A stretch of 53,498 nucleotides of DNA from a bacterium (lineage in GTDB: Bacteria > Joyebacterota > Joyebacteria > Joyebacterales > Joyebacteraceae), in the NCBI GenBank assembly GCA_025774545.1, contig JALGVU010000003.1, positions 1-53,498 on the forward strand, written 5' to 3'. The notes under the pieces were generated by a model that was given only the letters and a program-made list of their open reading frames with translations, did no database searches and had not been told where the DNA came from. Both the position numbers and the translations under genes were made by a program. Shown piece after piece: positions 8,356-19,081 of the stretch (positions are counted from its first letter, which is position 1; the number at the start of each line of letters is the position of its first letter).

Positions 8356-9351
8356 TCACGCGGCCGTCTGCGCCGCCGTGATCGCCGCCAGGTCCACGAT
8401 GTCCTGAACGCTCGCCCCGCGCGACAGGTCGTTCACGGGTCTGGCCAGCCCCTGGAGGATCGGTCCGACCGCCGCCGCCCTTCCGAGGCGCTGGACGAGC
8501 TTGTAGCCGATGTTGCCGGCGTCGAGATCGGGGAAGATCAGCACGTTCGCGCGTCCCGCGACGTCGGAGTCCGGCGCCTTCCTCTCGCCGATCGAGGGAA
8601 TGAGCGCCGCGTCCGCCTGAAGCTCTCCGTCGACGGCGAGCTCAGGGGCGCGCTCGCGCACGATGGCGGTCGCCTCGATGACCTTGTCCGCGTCGCGGTG
8701 CGACGCGCTCCCCTTCGTGGAGAACGAGAGCATCGCGACGATGGGCTCGTCCCCGACGACCGCCCTCCTGGTGCCCGCCGCGGCGATCGCGATGTCCGCG
8801 AGCTGCGCAGGCGTCGGCTGTGGGACGACGGCGCAGTCGGCGAAGAGGAGAACGTGGTTGGGAACGTCGACGTCGTCCGGGACGATCATGAGGAACGAGC
8901 TCGAGACGGTCCGGACCCCGGGCGCGAGCCCGACGCAGTGCAGGGCGGCCCGCAGCACGTCCCTCGTGGCCGTTGCCGCGCCCGCGACGCACCCGCCGGC
9001 CATTCCCCGCCTGAGCATGAGCGCGGCAAAGAACACGGGATTCGCGGCGTACGTCCGCGCCTCCACCTCGGTCGTTCCCTTGTGGGCGCGGAGCCGGTGG
9101 TACTCGCGCGCGAAATCGTCGAGGAGCTCCGAACGCGCGGGATCGAGCGTCTCGATCCCAGAGGCATCATCGCCCTCTGCCGCGGCGAGCGCCGCAACCT
9201 CCTCCCGGCTCCCCAGCACGATCGTCCGAGCCCACCCTTCGCGCTCTACCCTCGCCGCGGCGGCCACGACGCGCGCGTCGCGACCCTCCGGGAAGACGAG
9301 CTTGGCATCGGCACCCCTCGCGCGCGCTCTGATCGTATCCAGTACGCTCAT
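8356..9351 (-). CDS. pta: Phosphate acetyltransferase
   Basis: [51 protein letters not shown]. Confidence 0.95.
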   Translation of the reverse strand: MSVLDTIRARARGADAKLVFPEGRDARVVAAAARVEREGWARTIVLGSREEVAALAAAEGDDASGIETLDPARSELLDDFAREYHRLRAHKGTTEVEARTYAANPVFFAALMLRRGMAGGCVAGAATATRDVLRAALHCVGLAPGVRTVSSSFLMIVPDDVDVPNHVLLFADCAVVPQPTPAQLADIAIAAAGTRRAVVGDEPIVAMLSFSTKGSASHRDADKVIEATAIVRERAPELAVDGELQADAALIPSIGERKAPDSDVAGRANVLIFPDLDAGNIGYKLVQRLGRAAAVGPILQGLARPVNDLSRGASVQDIVDLAAITAAQTAA

Positions 9352-9453
9352 CTCTCCCCGCTTTCAGTCCGTTCGGCCCGCGGTGGACGAAGCCGGCCGT
9401 CCTCGCGTCGCCAGCCGACCGTTCGGGCACGTGCTCTCGGTGCGGCGAGCCGG

Positions 9454-9945
9454 CTAGGCCGACTCCCCGCCGCCGCCTCGCTTCATGAGCTCCCGCTCCA
9501 CGGCGGGAGGCACGAGCCCCTCGAGGTTGCCTCCGAGGATCGCGACCTCCTTCACGATCGTCGAGTCGAGGTACGTGTAGCTCTCGCTCGGCATGAGGAA
9601 GACGGTCTCGATCTCGCCGGCCAGTCGCCTGTTCATGAGGGCCATCTGGAACTCGTACTCGAAGTCGGAGACCGCCCGGAGTCCCCTGATGATCGCCGTC
9701 GCGCCGGCCTGTTTCGCCGTGTCGACGAGAAGCCCTCGAAAGGAGATCACGTCGACGCCGTCGAGGTCACGCACGGCGTCGCGAATGAACTCGACCCGCT
9801 CGTCGACCGTGAACATGGGGTCCTTCTCCCGCGCCGTCCCGACGGCGACCGTCAGCCGGTCGAATACCCCGAGCGCGCGCCGGATCAGATCGAGATGCCC
9901 GTTCGTGATGGGATCGAACGTCCCCGGGTAGAGCGCCTTCCTCAC
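9454..9945 (-). CDS. coaD: Pantetheine-phosphate adenylyltransferase
   Basis: YPGTFDPITNGH, RGLRAVSDFEYE. Confidence 0.97.
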   Translation of the reverse strand: MRKALYPGTFDPITNGHLDLIRRALGVFDRLTVAVGTAREKDPMFTVDERVEFIRDAVRDLDGVDVISFRGLLVDTAKQAGATAIIRGLRAVSDFEYEFQMALMNRRLAGEIETVFLMPSESYTYLDSTIVKEVAILGGNLEGLVPPAVERELMKRGGGGESA

Positions 9946-10520
9946 GCGTTCCCCCTTTCGGCTGTCTTCGTGTCGCGCGTCTCGAAGAACGTGATCTCCG
10001 TGTCGCCGTACCGCTTCGCGCGCCCGCGCGCGAGCCGCCCATACCCGTCCGAGAGCCGGACGCCCGCGGCGTGCTCCACGACAACCAGGACCGACGGGCT
10101 CAGGCTCTCACACGCGCCGAGCTGGTGCAGGGTCCTCTCCGCCAGGCCGCCCGAGTACGGCGGATCGACGAAGACGACGTCGAACGGCGCCCCGGGAAGC
10201 CTCCCGGACAGAAGGCGCAACGCGTCGCCACGCAGGACGCGGCACTCCTCCCCGAGGCCGAGCGCCTCGACGTTCCTCCGAACGAGGTCGATCGCCCGCG
10301 GGTCACGCTCCACGAACGTGGCCGCGGCGGCGCCGCGCGAGATCGACTCGATTCCGAGCGCCCCCGAGCCAGCGAACAGGTCGAGGACCCTCGCGCCGGC
10401 GAGGCGCCCCTCGATGATGCCGAAGACGGACTCCCGAACCCGGTCGGACGTCGGCCGCACCGCGCCCGTCCTCGGCGTCAGCAGCCTGCGTCCCCTGAGA
10501 CGTCCGGCGATGATCCTCAT
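9942..10520 (-). CDS. rsmD: 16S rRNA m2G966 methyltransferase
   Basis: MRIIAG, RPTSDRVRE, LDLFAGSG, DPPY; usual position upstream of coaD. Confidence 0.95.
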   Translation of the reverse strand: MRIIAGRLRGRRLLTPRTGAVRPTSDRVRESVFGIIEGRLAGARVLDLFAGSGALGIESISRGAAAATFVERDPRAIDLVRRNVEALGLGEECRVLRGDALRLLSGRLPGAPFDVVFVDPPYSGGLAERTLHQLGACESLSPSVLVVVEHAAGVRLSDGYGRLARGRAKRYGDTEITFFETRDTKTAERGNA

Positions 10521-10589
10521 CGCTTCAGGATCTCCGGGCGAGCGTCACCGGCGCCCGCGACGTGAGCGGACGACGGGACGCGCGCGTGG

Positions 10590-11966
<1,377 letters not shown>

Positions 11967-12008
11967 GGCTGCTCCTCCCGGGTCGTCCCTGTTCTCGTTC
12001 GCCCTCGA

Positions 12009-13622
12009 CTAGTCCGGCAGGTAGACGACGAATCTCGATCCCCTGCCAGGTTCGCTTGCGATGGAGATGTGTCCCTCGTGTGCCTCGATGATCTTCTCGA
12101 CGATCGCGAGCCCTAAGCCCGTCCCCTCACACTTCGTGGTCCGGAACGGCTGGAAGAACTCGTCGCGCTTGTCCATCGGAATGCCGCAGCCGGTGTCCTC
12201 GACCATCAGCGCCACGCCGAAGCCGGCGCCGCCCTCGAGTCCACGGGAGCCGAACTCACGCCGCTCGACGACGGAGAGACGCACGCGGCCCTCGGCGTCG
12301 ATCGCCTCGAGCGCGTTGATCGTCAGGTTCAGAAGCGCGCGTCTGATCTGCTCGCCGTTCGCGAAGCACTCGACGGGAACCGGCGAGTCGATCTCGAGTT
12401 CGATCCCCCGCGCGTAGCTCGGGTGGGTCCTCGCGATGGTCGCGACCTCCCTCAGGAGCTCGTCGAGGCGAACGCTCGTTCGCTCCGCCGATTCCATTCG
12501 TCCGAACTGCAGGACCTCGTCGAGGAGCTTGTTGAGGCGATCCGCCTCCTTAGAGACGAGCGCCACGAGCTTGGCCTCGTCCCCCTTCGGCTTCCTCATC
12601 TCGCGAAGCAGATCGATCGATCCCTTGATCGCGTTCAGTGGACTCCGGATCTCGTGAGCGAGCCCGGCAGCGAACTGGCCGAGCGCCGCCAGCCGGTCCT
12701 CGTGGCGCGCCCGCTCCTCGAGACGACGCGCGTTCGTCAGGTCCTGGAAGAGCGCGATCACTCCGCGCTCGTCGGTCTCGTCCGATCTCAGGATTGAGGT
12801 CGAAAGCCCCACGGGCATGTTCCCGCCGTGCGGACGTCGGACGTAGAACTCGGCTCGGCTCTCGGCGCGCCCGGCGTCCAGGGCCGACGAGATCCTCTCA
12901 CAGAACGCGGGCACCTCGGCGAAGACGACTCGGTAGTCCCTCGCGTCGGCAGGGGGCTCCTCGACCCCGAGAATCTCGCGTCCGGTTCGGTTGATGGAGA
13001 CGAGCTGGCCCTCCCCGTCCACGAGGACCAGCCCGCTCCCGACACTGTCGATGATGTTCGACAGGCGAAGCTCGGCCGTGCCGAGGTCCGACTGCGCGGA
13101 CGCGAGGTCGCCCTCACTCCGCCGGGCGCGACGAGCGAGCGATCCGACGAGCACCGCGACGAGCCCGAGCGACACGAGGAGGATCGCGGTCTCCGCGATC
13201 GTCCCGGATTCCTGGATCGCCTGCCACGAATTGCGCCGCGCCAGCATGAGGACGAGGTGGCCGCCGACCGAGGCCGCCGCCGTTCCCACGCCCCCCGCGG
13301 CTCCGAGCCGAGCCGAGGCGACGATGACGGGCAGGAAGTACAGGAGTTTGAACGGGCTCGCGAGCCCGCCCGAGAGGTGAGCGAGGACGGTGATGAGGAC
13401 GACGTCGATGCCCAGCTGGACGTAGAGGTGAAGATCCTGGTGTCGATCCAGTCTCGCCCACACGAGGTAGACCGCCGTCAGGACGACGACGATGCCCCCG
13501 AGCACGACGACCGGGACGAGTTCGACCGCAGCGCCCCCGACGAGCGCCGCCACAACGACGACGACCGCGATCACGAGTCGCGCGGCGATGATCCCCCGGG
13601 TGTGCGGGAGGTTCTCAGTCAT
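12009..13622 (-). CDS. Membrane PAS histidine kinase (PilS-like)
   Basis: About 6 N-terminal TM segments, PAS-like region, LAHEIRSPL, NLTINA, DTGCGI, GTGLGL; directly upstream of the regulator. Confidence 0.88.
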   Translation of the reverse strand: MTENLPHTRGIIAARLVIAVVVVVAALVGGAAVELVPVVVLGGIVVVLTAVYLVWARLDRHQDLHLYVQLGIDVVLITVLAHLSGGLASPFKLLYFLPVIVASARLGAAGGVGTAAASVGGHLVLMLARRNSWQAIQESGTIAETAILLVSLGLVAVLVGSLARRARRSEGDLASAQSDLGTAELRLSNIIDSVGSGLVLVDGEGQLVSINRTGREILGVEEPPADARDYRVVFAEVPAFCERISSALDAGRAESRAEFYVRRPHGGNMPVGLSTSILRSDETDERGVIALFQDLTNARRLEERARHEDRLAALGQFAAGLAHEIRSPLNAIKGSIDLLREMRKPKGDEAKLVALVSKEADRLNKLLDEVLQFGRMESAERTSVRLDELLREVATIARTHPSYARGIELEIDSPVPVECFANGEQIRRALLNLTINALEAIDAEGRVRLSVVERREFGSRGLEGGAGFGVALMVEDTGCGIPMDKRDEFFQPFRTTKCEGTGLGLAIVEKIIEAHEGHISIASEPGRGSRFVVYLPD

Positions 13623-13635
13623 GGCCCACACCACC

Positions 13636-14067
13636 TCACGGCTCGCCGGAAGGCTCGACTTCCGGTCGGTCCGAGGCGCCACCGGCGCCGAGCGTCGCGA
13701 GCGGTCTCAGCCGCTCGAGCGTCTTCAAGCCTATGCCCTTCACGTCGGTCAGGTCGTCGAGCGTCTCGAAACGGCCTCGCTCGCGTCTCAAGCGGACGAT
13801 CGCGGCGGCCCGAGCCGGCCCGATCCCGGGCAGGCTCGTGAGTTCGTCGACGCCCGCCCGGTTCACGTCGACCGGGCACGCGCGGGAAGGCGCGGCGCGC
13901 GGCGCGGGCGTCTGCCCCGATGCGAAGGCCGCCTCAGACGCGGGGGGGACGTTCGGCGTGAGCGCCGGGTCGACCCGCCGGGCACCGATCACCAGGGCAC
14001 CGACCAACAAGGATACCGCCAGGAACAGTACGACGGCGCGCTCGTCCTTCGTGAAGATCCCCCTCAT
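13636..14067 (-). CDS. comEA: ComEA-like helix-hairpin-helix DNA-binding protein
   Basis: N-terminal membrane anchor; VDVNRA..ELTSLPGIGPARAAAIV..GRF..DLTDVKGIG. Confidence 0.88.
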   Translation of the reverse strand: MRGIFTKDERAVVLFLAVSLLVGALVIGARRVDPALTPNVPPASEAAFASGQTPAPRAAPSRACPVDVNRAGVDELTSLPGIGPARAAAIVRLRRERGRFETLDDLTDVKGIGLKTLERLRPLATLGAGGASDRPEVEPSGEP

Positions 14068-14093
14068 CCGCCCCTCCCAGTCAAACCCTCACG

Positions 14094-14122
14094 AATCTAA
14101 CGTATTGCAAAACGCAATGCAA
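14094..14122 (-). promoter_or_regulatory. Putative sigma-70 promoter of comEA-pilS-pilR
   Basis: Minus strand TTGCAT-N17-TAGATT in an AT-rich patch; overlapping ATTGC-N5-GCAAT palindrome at 14104-14118. Confidence 0.55.
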
Positions 14123-14231
14123 ACGGTTCTTCGAATCAGCTGGAAACGCTTGTAGAATAAGAGGTTAGGGGCTCAGCCGCCGCCCGAGGACGGTCGGTCC
14201 GGTCGGACTCTCGGGGTGGCCCGCGCCGCGG

Positions 14232-16184
14232 CTAGTTCCAGAAGTCCCAGGAGAACCCCAGCGAGAGCTGCCGCTCGCGGGCCGGGCGTCCGGGGATTCG
14301 ACCGACGTCGGCATCGAAGAGGTCCGCGTACTCCACGTAGACGCGCGCCGCGCCCGCCCGGGCGTCGGCCGACACCTTGACCGACGTCCTCGCGTCCTCG
14401 AGGAGCCCGTACCACCGGCCGTGCGCGAGCCCCGACTCGTGCGTGACGACGCCGCCGAGGCGGGCCTCGACGAAGCCCCCGAAGAGCTCGACGGGCACCC
14501 ACGCCTCCGCGCGCACAGCGAGCCGAGGCACGGGCGCGTTCTCGGAGAGCGCCTCGACCGCGACGAGGTCGACGGTCGCGCGCCCTCCGACGCTCCCCGT
14601 GTCGCCAACGGCGCCCCACAACGCGACCGAGAACCCAGGCTGACCGGGCGCGTTGACCGGCCGCACGACGCGGTCGTCGTCCTCGACGAGGATGATCGGT
14701 GCCATGACGCGAACCACCTCTCCCCGCGCGCCGACCGTGGCGATGCCCGCCTGCCGCTCGTGACCGAGCGACAGGGAGACCGCTCGCTCCGGCTCGAGCG
14801 AGTCGCTTCCCGCCACGAGCGCGCCGTCTCCCTTGACAGACGGCGCCGCGGTCGCGGCCATCCTGCTCTCGAGGATCGTCGGACGACGCCCCGCAAGCTC
14901 GACGCCGACCCAGGTTGCCGCCGGGCCCGAATCGCGCGTCCACACCGCGTGCGCCGTCGGAACCGCGTCCCCACCGAGGGTCGACACGGCGGCCCCGAGC
15001 GCGAGGCGTCCCCCGCGAAGGTCGAGCGAGCGCTCGAGCTCCACGGCGGCCCCGTACGCCTCCTCGCTCCCTGCCAGGAGGCTTCCCCGAGCCGCACGCC
15101 GCTCGACGGTGACGCCGGCCGCGTCGAGCCACGGCCACGGAAGCGGCGTCAGGACCCTCGCCCCGTCGCGCCACGTCCGGACGCTCGAGCGCCCGCCCCC
15201 CGTGCGGGTGTCCCCGAGCCACGATTCGCCGTGGAAGATCTCGACGAGGGAGATCCCGTCGGTCGCGCCGATGGTAAGCGCGCTTGCGACGTACTCACGC
15301 TCCGTCTCGGGAACGGTGGAATCCGCGAACGGGAGCGCGCGTGTGAGACCAGATCGCCTGCCCTCCACGTACGCCTCCCAGCCCGCGCGGAGGTCGACCG
15401 ACACACCGCCGCCCGAGGCGGCGAGTTCGTGAGCCCCGCCCGGCAGCGGCGCCCGCCCCTCCCGGGCGTCGTAGTAGCCCCAGAGGCCGAAACGACCGTC
15501 GCGCGCCCGCCTTCGATGCTCGATGGACACCGTCCGCCGGTCGAGCGAGCCGGTTCCCATGACGAGGCGCGTGTAGGGCGTGGCGGTCTCCGGACGAGGG
15601 GGCCAGACGTCGATCAGGAGCGTCGCTCGCCCCCGCGGACCGTGTGGCGCAGGTGGGCGCGACGCGACGGCCACGGCGCCCGCGGCGGCGAGCGGCCAGA
15701 TCGAGAGGTCGGGTCCCGACGGAGCGAGGAAGACCTCGTCCTCGAGCGCAGACGAAGCCAGAAGGTCGACGCCCCCATCGAGCCAATCGGCGGCGGCCGA
15801 CCCCGAGTACGCGACGCGCGAGAGTGTCGCGGGGAGCGCCCCGCGGGCGACCGAGGCGTGGTGTCCGGCCCAGCCCGAGCCCACGAGCCTGACACCCGGG
15901 AGCCTCGCGGCGTACCGCGCGAGGCCGTCGGCCCGGATCTCACGCGCGCCGCGTGGGAGCGCCCGCACCGACGGACGCGTCGGGAGCCCGTGCGTCCGGG
16001 TCGAGTCAGGCGCGACGACCGAGTCGGGTGCCGCCCGCTCGCGGGCGACGCCCGTCTCCTCCCCCGAGTCGACCGGGAGGTCGGCCCCCGCGCGCGTCTG
16101 CGCGACGGCCGGGGCGTGCGCCGTCACGACGAGGGCCGCGACGACGAACGCCGCGAGGGCGGGAAACGCACGCACGCCGGACAT
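14232..16184 (-). CDS. Outer-membrane beta-barrel (putative porin / degenerate TonB-dependent receptor-like)
   Basis: Signal peptide MSGVRAFPALAAFVVAALVVTAHAPAVA; plug-like RLPGV..G..G..RG..LDG segment; amphipathic strands; C-terminus LSLGFSWDFWN. Confidence 0.6.
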   Translation of the reverse strand: MSGVRAFPALAAFVVAALVVTAHAPAVAQTRAGADLPVDSGEETGVARERAAPDSVVAPDSTRTHGLPTRPSVRALPRGAREIRADGLARYAARLPGVRLVGSGWAGHHASVARGALPATLSRVAYSGSAAADWLDGGVDLLASSALEDEVFLAPSGPDLSIWPLAAAGAVAVASRPPAPHGPRGRATLLIDVWPPRPETATPYTRLVMGTGSLDRRTVSIEHRRRARDGRFGLWGYYDAREGRAPLPGGAHELAASGGGVSVDLRAGWEAYVEGRRSGLTRALPFADSTVPETEREYVASALTIGATDGISLVEIFHGESWLGDTRTGGGRSSVRTWRDGARVLTPLPWPWLDAAGVTVERRAARGSLLAGSEEAYGAAVELERSLDLRGGRLALGAAVSTLGGDAVPTAHAVWTRDSGPAATWVGVELAGRRPTILESRMAATAAPSVKGDGALVAGSDSLEPERAVSLSLGHERQAGIATVGARGEVVRVMAPIILVEDDDRVVRPVNAPGQPGFSVALWGAVGDTGSVGGRATVDLVAVEALSENAPVPRLAVRAEAWVPVELFGGFVEARLGGVVTHESGLAHGRWYGLLEDARTSVKVSADARAGAARVYVEYADLFDADVGRIPGRPARERQLSLGFSWDFWN

Positions 16185-16252
16185 CGCCGCGCTACGCGGT
16201 CCGCGGCCGCGCTCAAGCGTGGGCGTTCCGGGTCCTCCCCGCCGACACCGTC

Positions 16253-16930
16253 TCATCCGCGCGTTCCCCTTCCGACGAGCCGCGAGAGCCTCGGGATCAC
16301 GATCGGCCCGAGCACCGCGAATACGATCGTGTTCGACACCACGTGGACGGCCGAGAAGAAGGCGTTCGAGGCGATCGCCGCCATCACGCCCGTCCGGAGC
16401 TCGGGGCTCGCGATCGCGAGCCCGAGGATGACGGCGCCCTGGTAGACGACCGTGATCGTCAATCCGAGCGCGGCCGCGAGGGCCACAAGGGCCACGCGGT
16501 GCGCGCGTGGCCTGACGGCGCCCGCCCCCTGGGGTGTCCCGGCGGCGCCCTCCCTCTCGGTTGTCCCAGTGGCGCGGGCGGACGCGACTCGCCAGAGCGG
16601 CGCCGAGACGCCGCCCGCGAACCCGGTGATCGCTCCCGAGACGATCTGCGCGACGAACATCGGTGGGAAACCGAGCCCCGTGCCCATCGGGTTGACCGCG
16701 GAGAAGACGGCCCACGAGAGCGCCCCGACGAGCGCTCCCGCCGAACGCCCGAGCACTGCCCCCGACACGAAGATGGAGAAGGTCAGGAGCTCAACGTTGG
16801 GAACCGACACCAGAAGGAGGCCGAGCGTCACAGAAAGGGCCACGAGGACCGCCTTGACGGCGACCCTCGACGTCCAGAACACGCGTGGAGGCTCCCGCCC
16901 GGAGCTCCTAGTCGAGTCGTTCGCGCTCAT
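16253..16930 (-). CDS. ECF transporter S-component-like membrane protein
   Basis: Multiple TM segments; VPNVELLT..F..G..LG...GALVG motif typical of S-components. Confidence 0.65.
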   Translation of the reverse strand: MSANDSTRSSGREPPRVFWTSRVAVKAVLVALSVTLGLLLVSVPNVELLTFSIFVSGAVLGRSAGALVGALSWAVFSAVNPMGTGLGFPPMFVAQIVSGAITGFAGGVSAPLWRVASARATGTTEREGAAGTPQGAGAVRPRAHRVALVALAAALGLTITVVYQGAVILGLAIASPELRTGVMAAIASNAFFSAVHVVSNTIVFAVLGPIVIPRLSRLVGRGTRG

Positions 16931-17348
16931 GATCAAGCCGGTCGGGGGTCACGTCGTCGAGCTGGGTCTCCGTCCCGTCACCCTCGGTGAGCGGCTCGAT
17001 GTACTGAGATATCTCGGCGCGATGCTCTGGAGTCAGGCGATTCCAGTTCCGCTGCACCTCGATGATGAGGGGAGTACCGCACTTGGCAGGCACGTCGCTC
17101 TGGAACTCGTCCGGAAGGCTCATCGGCTCGAACATCGTGTAGACCTTGTAGAGCACGCCGGTCGAGTAGTCGACCCGTCCCGCCAACATCGCCGTCTCGA
17201 TGAGCGATAGCGAGTCGAGCTCGCGATCCTCGACTCCGAAGCCGGCCGGAGATCCAGCCACGTCCTCGTCAGGAGCGGGCGCCTCCGAGGCGCAGCTCGC
17301 GAGAACAAGGACGAGCGGAAGAACGGCGAGCGTGGTTCCTCTTCTCAT
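16908..17348 (-). CDS. Lipoprotein resembling a metalloprotease propeptide (KCGT motif)
   Basis: GGAG RBS; lipobox LASC; LPDEFQSDVPAKCGTPLIIEVQRNWNRL; no HEXXH. Confidence 0.65.
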   Translation of the reverse strand: MRRGTTLAVLPLVLVLASCASEAPAPDEDVAGSPAGFGVEDRELDSLSLIETAMLAGRVDYSTGVLYKVYTMFEPMSLPDEFQSDVPAKCGTPLIIEVQRNWNRLTPEHRAEISQYIEPLTEGDGTETQLDDVTPDRLDHERERLD

Positions 17349-17369
17349 CGCTCTCTCCTCCCCGGAGAT

Positions 17370-17533
17370 GGACGGTCGAACCGCCCGTCGCCCACGGCAC
17401 CTTCCCGAGCGGACGTTCGAACCGCCCGTCGCCTACGACACCTTGCCGAGCGGACGTTCGAACCGCCCGTCGCCTACGACACCTTGCCGAGCGGACGTTC
17501 GAACCGCCCGTCGCCTACGACACCTTCCCGAGC
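17370..17533. repeat. 41-bp tandem repeat x4 copying the 3' end of the cyclodeaminase gene
   Basis: Units start at 17370, 17411, 17452, 17493; consensus ggacgttcgaaccgcccgtcgcctacgacaccttgccgagc; last unit contains the stop (17515-17517). Confidence 0.95.
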
Positions 17534-18141
17534 ACGACCTCGAACACCTCGCCGGCCAGCCGGTCGGCGTCGGTCGCGAGTCCCGCGAGGGCCGTGTTCG
17601 CCTTCTCAACGAACGCCTGATGCTCCGGGGCCCGGATGCCGCCCAGGTTGATGAGGACGTTCAGCCGGGCCGAGTGCGCCCCGGCGCGGCCCATGAGCGC
17701 GGCGACGCCCGCGTCCGACACGGCGTTCCGGTTGCCCTTGTCGGCCGCGATCGCAGCGACCCGGATCACCTCGACGCACTTCTCCATGACCGCGAGAGGT
17801 ACCGTCGCGGCGTCGATAAGCGCCGTCTGCATCGCCTGGCGTCGCGCCGCGACCTCCGCGTCGGTCTCCTTCGGGAGCTTCATGGCGACCATGAACGTGT
17901 CGAACGCCTCGGCGTCCTCGTCGATGAGCTGCGCGAGTTCGAGCCGCAGGCTCTCAGCGCGTGCCAGCACGTCCTTCATGTCGTCCTCGACGTCGGCGTA
18001 CTTCTTCTTCCCGATCGTGAGGTTCGCGACCATCGAGTTCAGGGCGGCGCCGAGTGCGCCCGAGAGGGCGGCGACGCTCCCCCCGCCCGGCGTCGGCGAG
18101 GAGGACGCGAGAGTCCCGAGGAAGTCGTTGATTCCGGTCAT
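17515..18141 (-). CDS. Formiminotetrahydrofolate cyclodeaminase / cyclohydrolase family (FTCD C-terminal domain)
   Basis: SPTPGGGSVAA, LIDEDAEAF, GNRNAVSDAGVA, LNVLINL; follows formiminotransferase. Confidence 0.9.
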   Translation of the reverse strand: MTGINDFLGTLASSSPTPGGGSVAALSGALGAALNSMVANLTIGKKKYADVEDDMKDVLARAESLRLELAQLIDEDAEAFDTFMVAMKLPKETDAEVAARRQAMQTALIDAATVPLAVMEKCVEVIRVAAIAADKGNRNAVSDAGVAALMGRAGAHSARLNVLINLGGIRAPEHQAFVEKANTALAGLATDADRLAGEVFEVVLGKVS

Positions 18142-19049
18142 TCCGTGTCCTCGCTTTCGTACAGGCGGTTCTCCAGAACCTGATCGGCCTGGAAGTCCTC
18201 GAGCTGGAGATAGAAGTCGGCGCAGGCGACGAGGGCGTCGGCCGGCACGAGCCCCACGACCTCGCTCCCGAGCACGTTGACCCCGTAGCGCGCGGCCTCC
18301 CGCTTCACGGTCTCGAAGACGCGGAAGAGAGGCGACTTCTTGTAGTTCACCATGTTGATCGAGACCTGGACGATCCCCCGGTCCTTGATCTCGAACCCCA
18401 TGGCCTTCACGTATCGGTATCCCCCGCGGGCGTGCCTGATCGTGTTCGCAATCGTCTTCGCGATCTTGAGATCGTCGGTGTCGAGGTTGATGTTGTACGC
18501 GACGAGGAACGGGCGCGCGCCGATCGCGATGGCGCCCGCGGTCGGGTGGATCTTCGAGGGCCCGAAGTCCGGGTCCTTCTCAGGGTTCTTCCCGATCTCC
18601 TCCGAGAGCCCCTCGAACTGCCCCTTCCTGACCTTCGCCAGGTTCTCCCGCTCGGGCCGCGTCGCCGCTGCCTCGTACAGGAAGACCGGGATCGAGAGCT
18701 CCTTCCCCACGCGCTCGCCGAGCCTCGTCGCGAGCTCGACGCAGTCGCCCATCGTGACGCCCTTCACGGGTACGAAGGGGCAGACGTCGGTCGCCCCCAT
18801 CCGCGGATGCTCGCCCGTGTGCTTCGACAGGTCGATCACCTCGCTCGCCCTCGAGATCCCACGGAACGCCCCCTCGAGCACCGCCTCGGGTGGGCCGATG
18901 ATCGTCACGACGGCGCGGTTGTGGTCGGCGTCCATCTCCTTGTCGAGCAGACGCACGCCCTCGACCTCGGTCATGGCGCCGACGACGTCGTCGAGGACCT
19001 TCGGGTCCCTTCCCTCGCTGAAGTTCGGAACGCACTCGACTAGTTTCAT
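18138..19049 (-). CDS. ftcD: Glutamate formiminotransferase
   Basis: LVECVPNFSEGR, DHNRAV, GEHPRMGATDVCPF, GARPFLVAYN. Confidence 0.95.
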   Translation of the reverse strand: MKLVECVPNFSEGRDPKVLDDVVGAMTEVEGVRLLDKEMDADHNRAVVTIIGPPEAVLEGAFRGISRASEVIDLSKHTGEHPRMGATDVCPFVPVKGVTMGDCVELATRLGERVGKELSIPVFLYEAAATRPERENLAKVRKGQFEGLSEEIGKNPEKDPDFGPSKIHPTAGAIAIGARPFLVAYNINLDTDDLKIAKTIANTIRHARGGYRYVKAMGFEIKDRGIVQVSINMVNYKKSPLFRVFETVKREAARYGVNVLGSEVVGLVPADALVACADFYLQLEDFQADQVLENRLYESEDTE

Positions 19050-19081
19050 TCGGTCCTCTCCCGGATTGCTTCAGGGGCCGG

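Noticed and set aside
9361-9456. Possible duplication in the coaD-pta spacer (ccgttcgg twice)
   Set aside because: Similarity too short and gapped to separate from chance at this GC content
17370-17533. CRISPR array
   Set aside because: Units are head-to-tail with no unique spacers; no cas genes in the window
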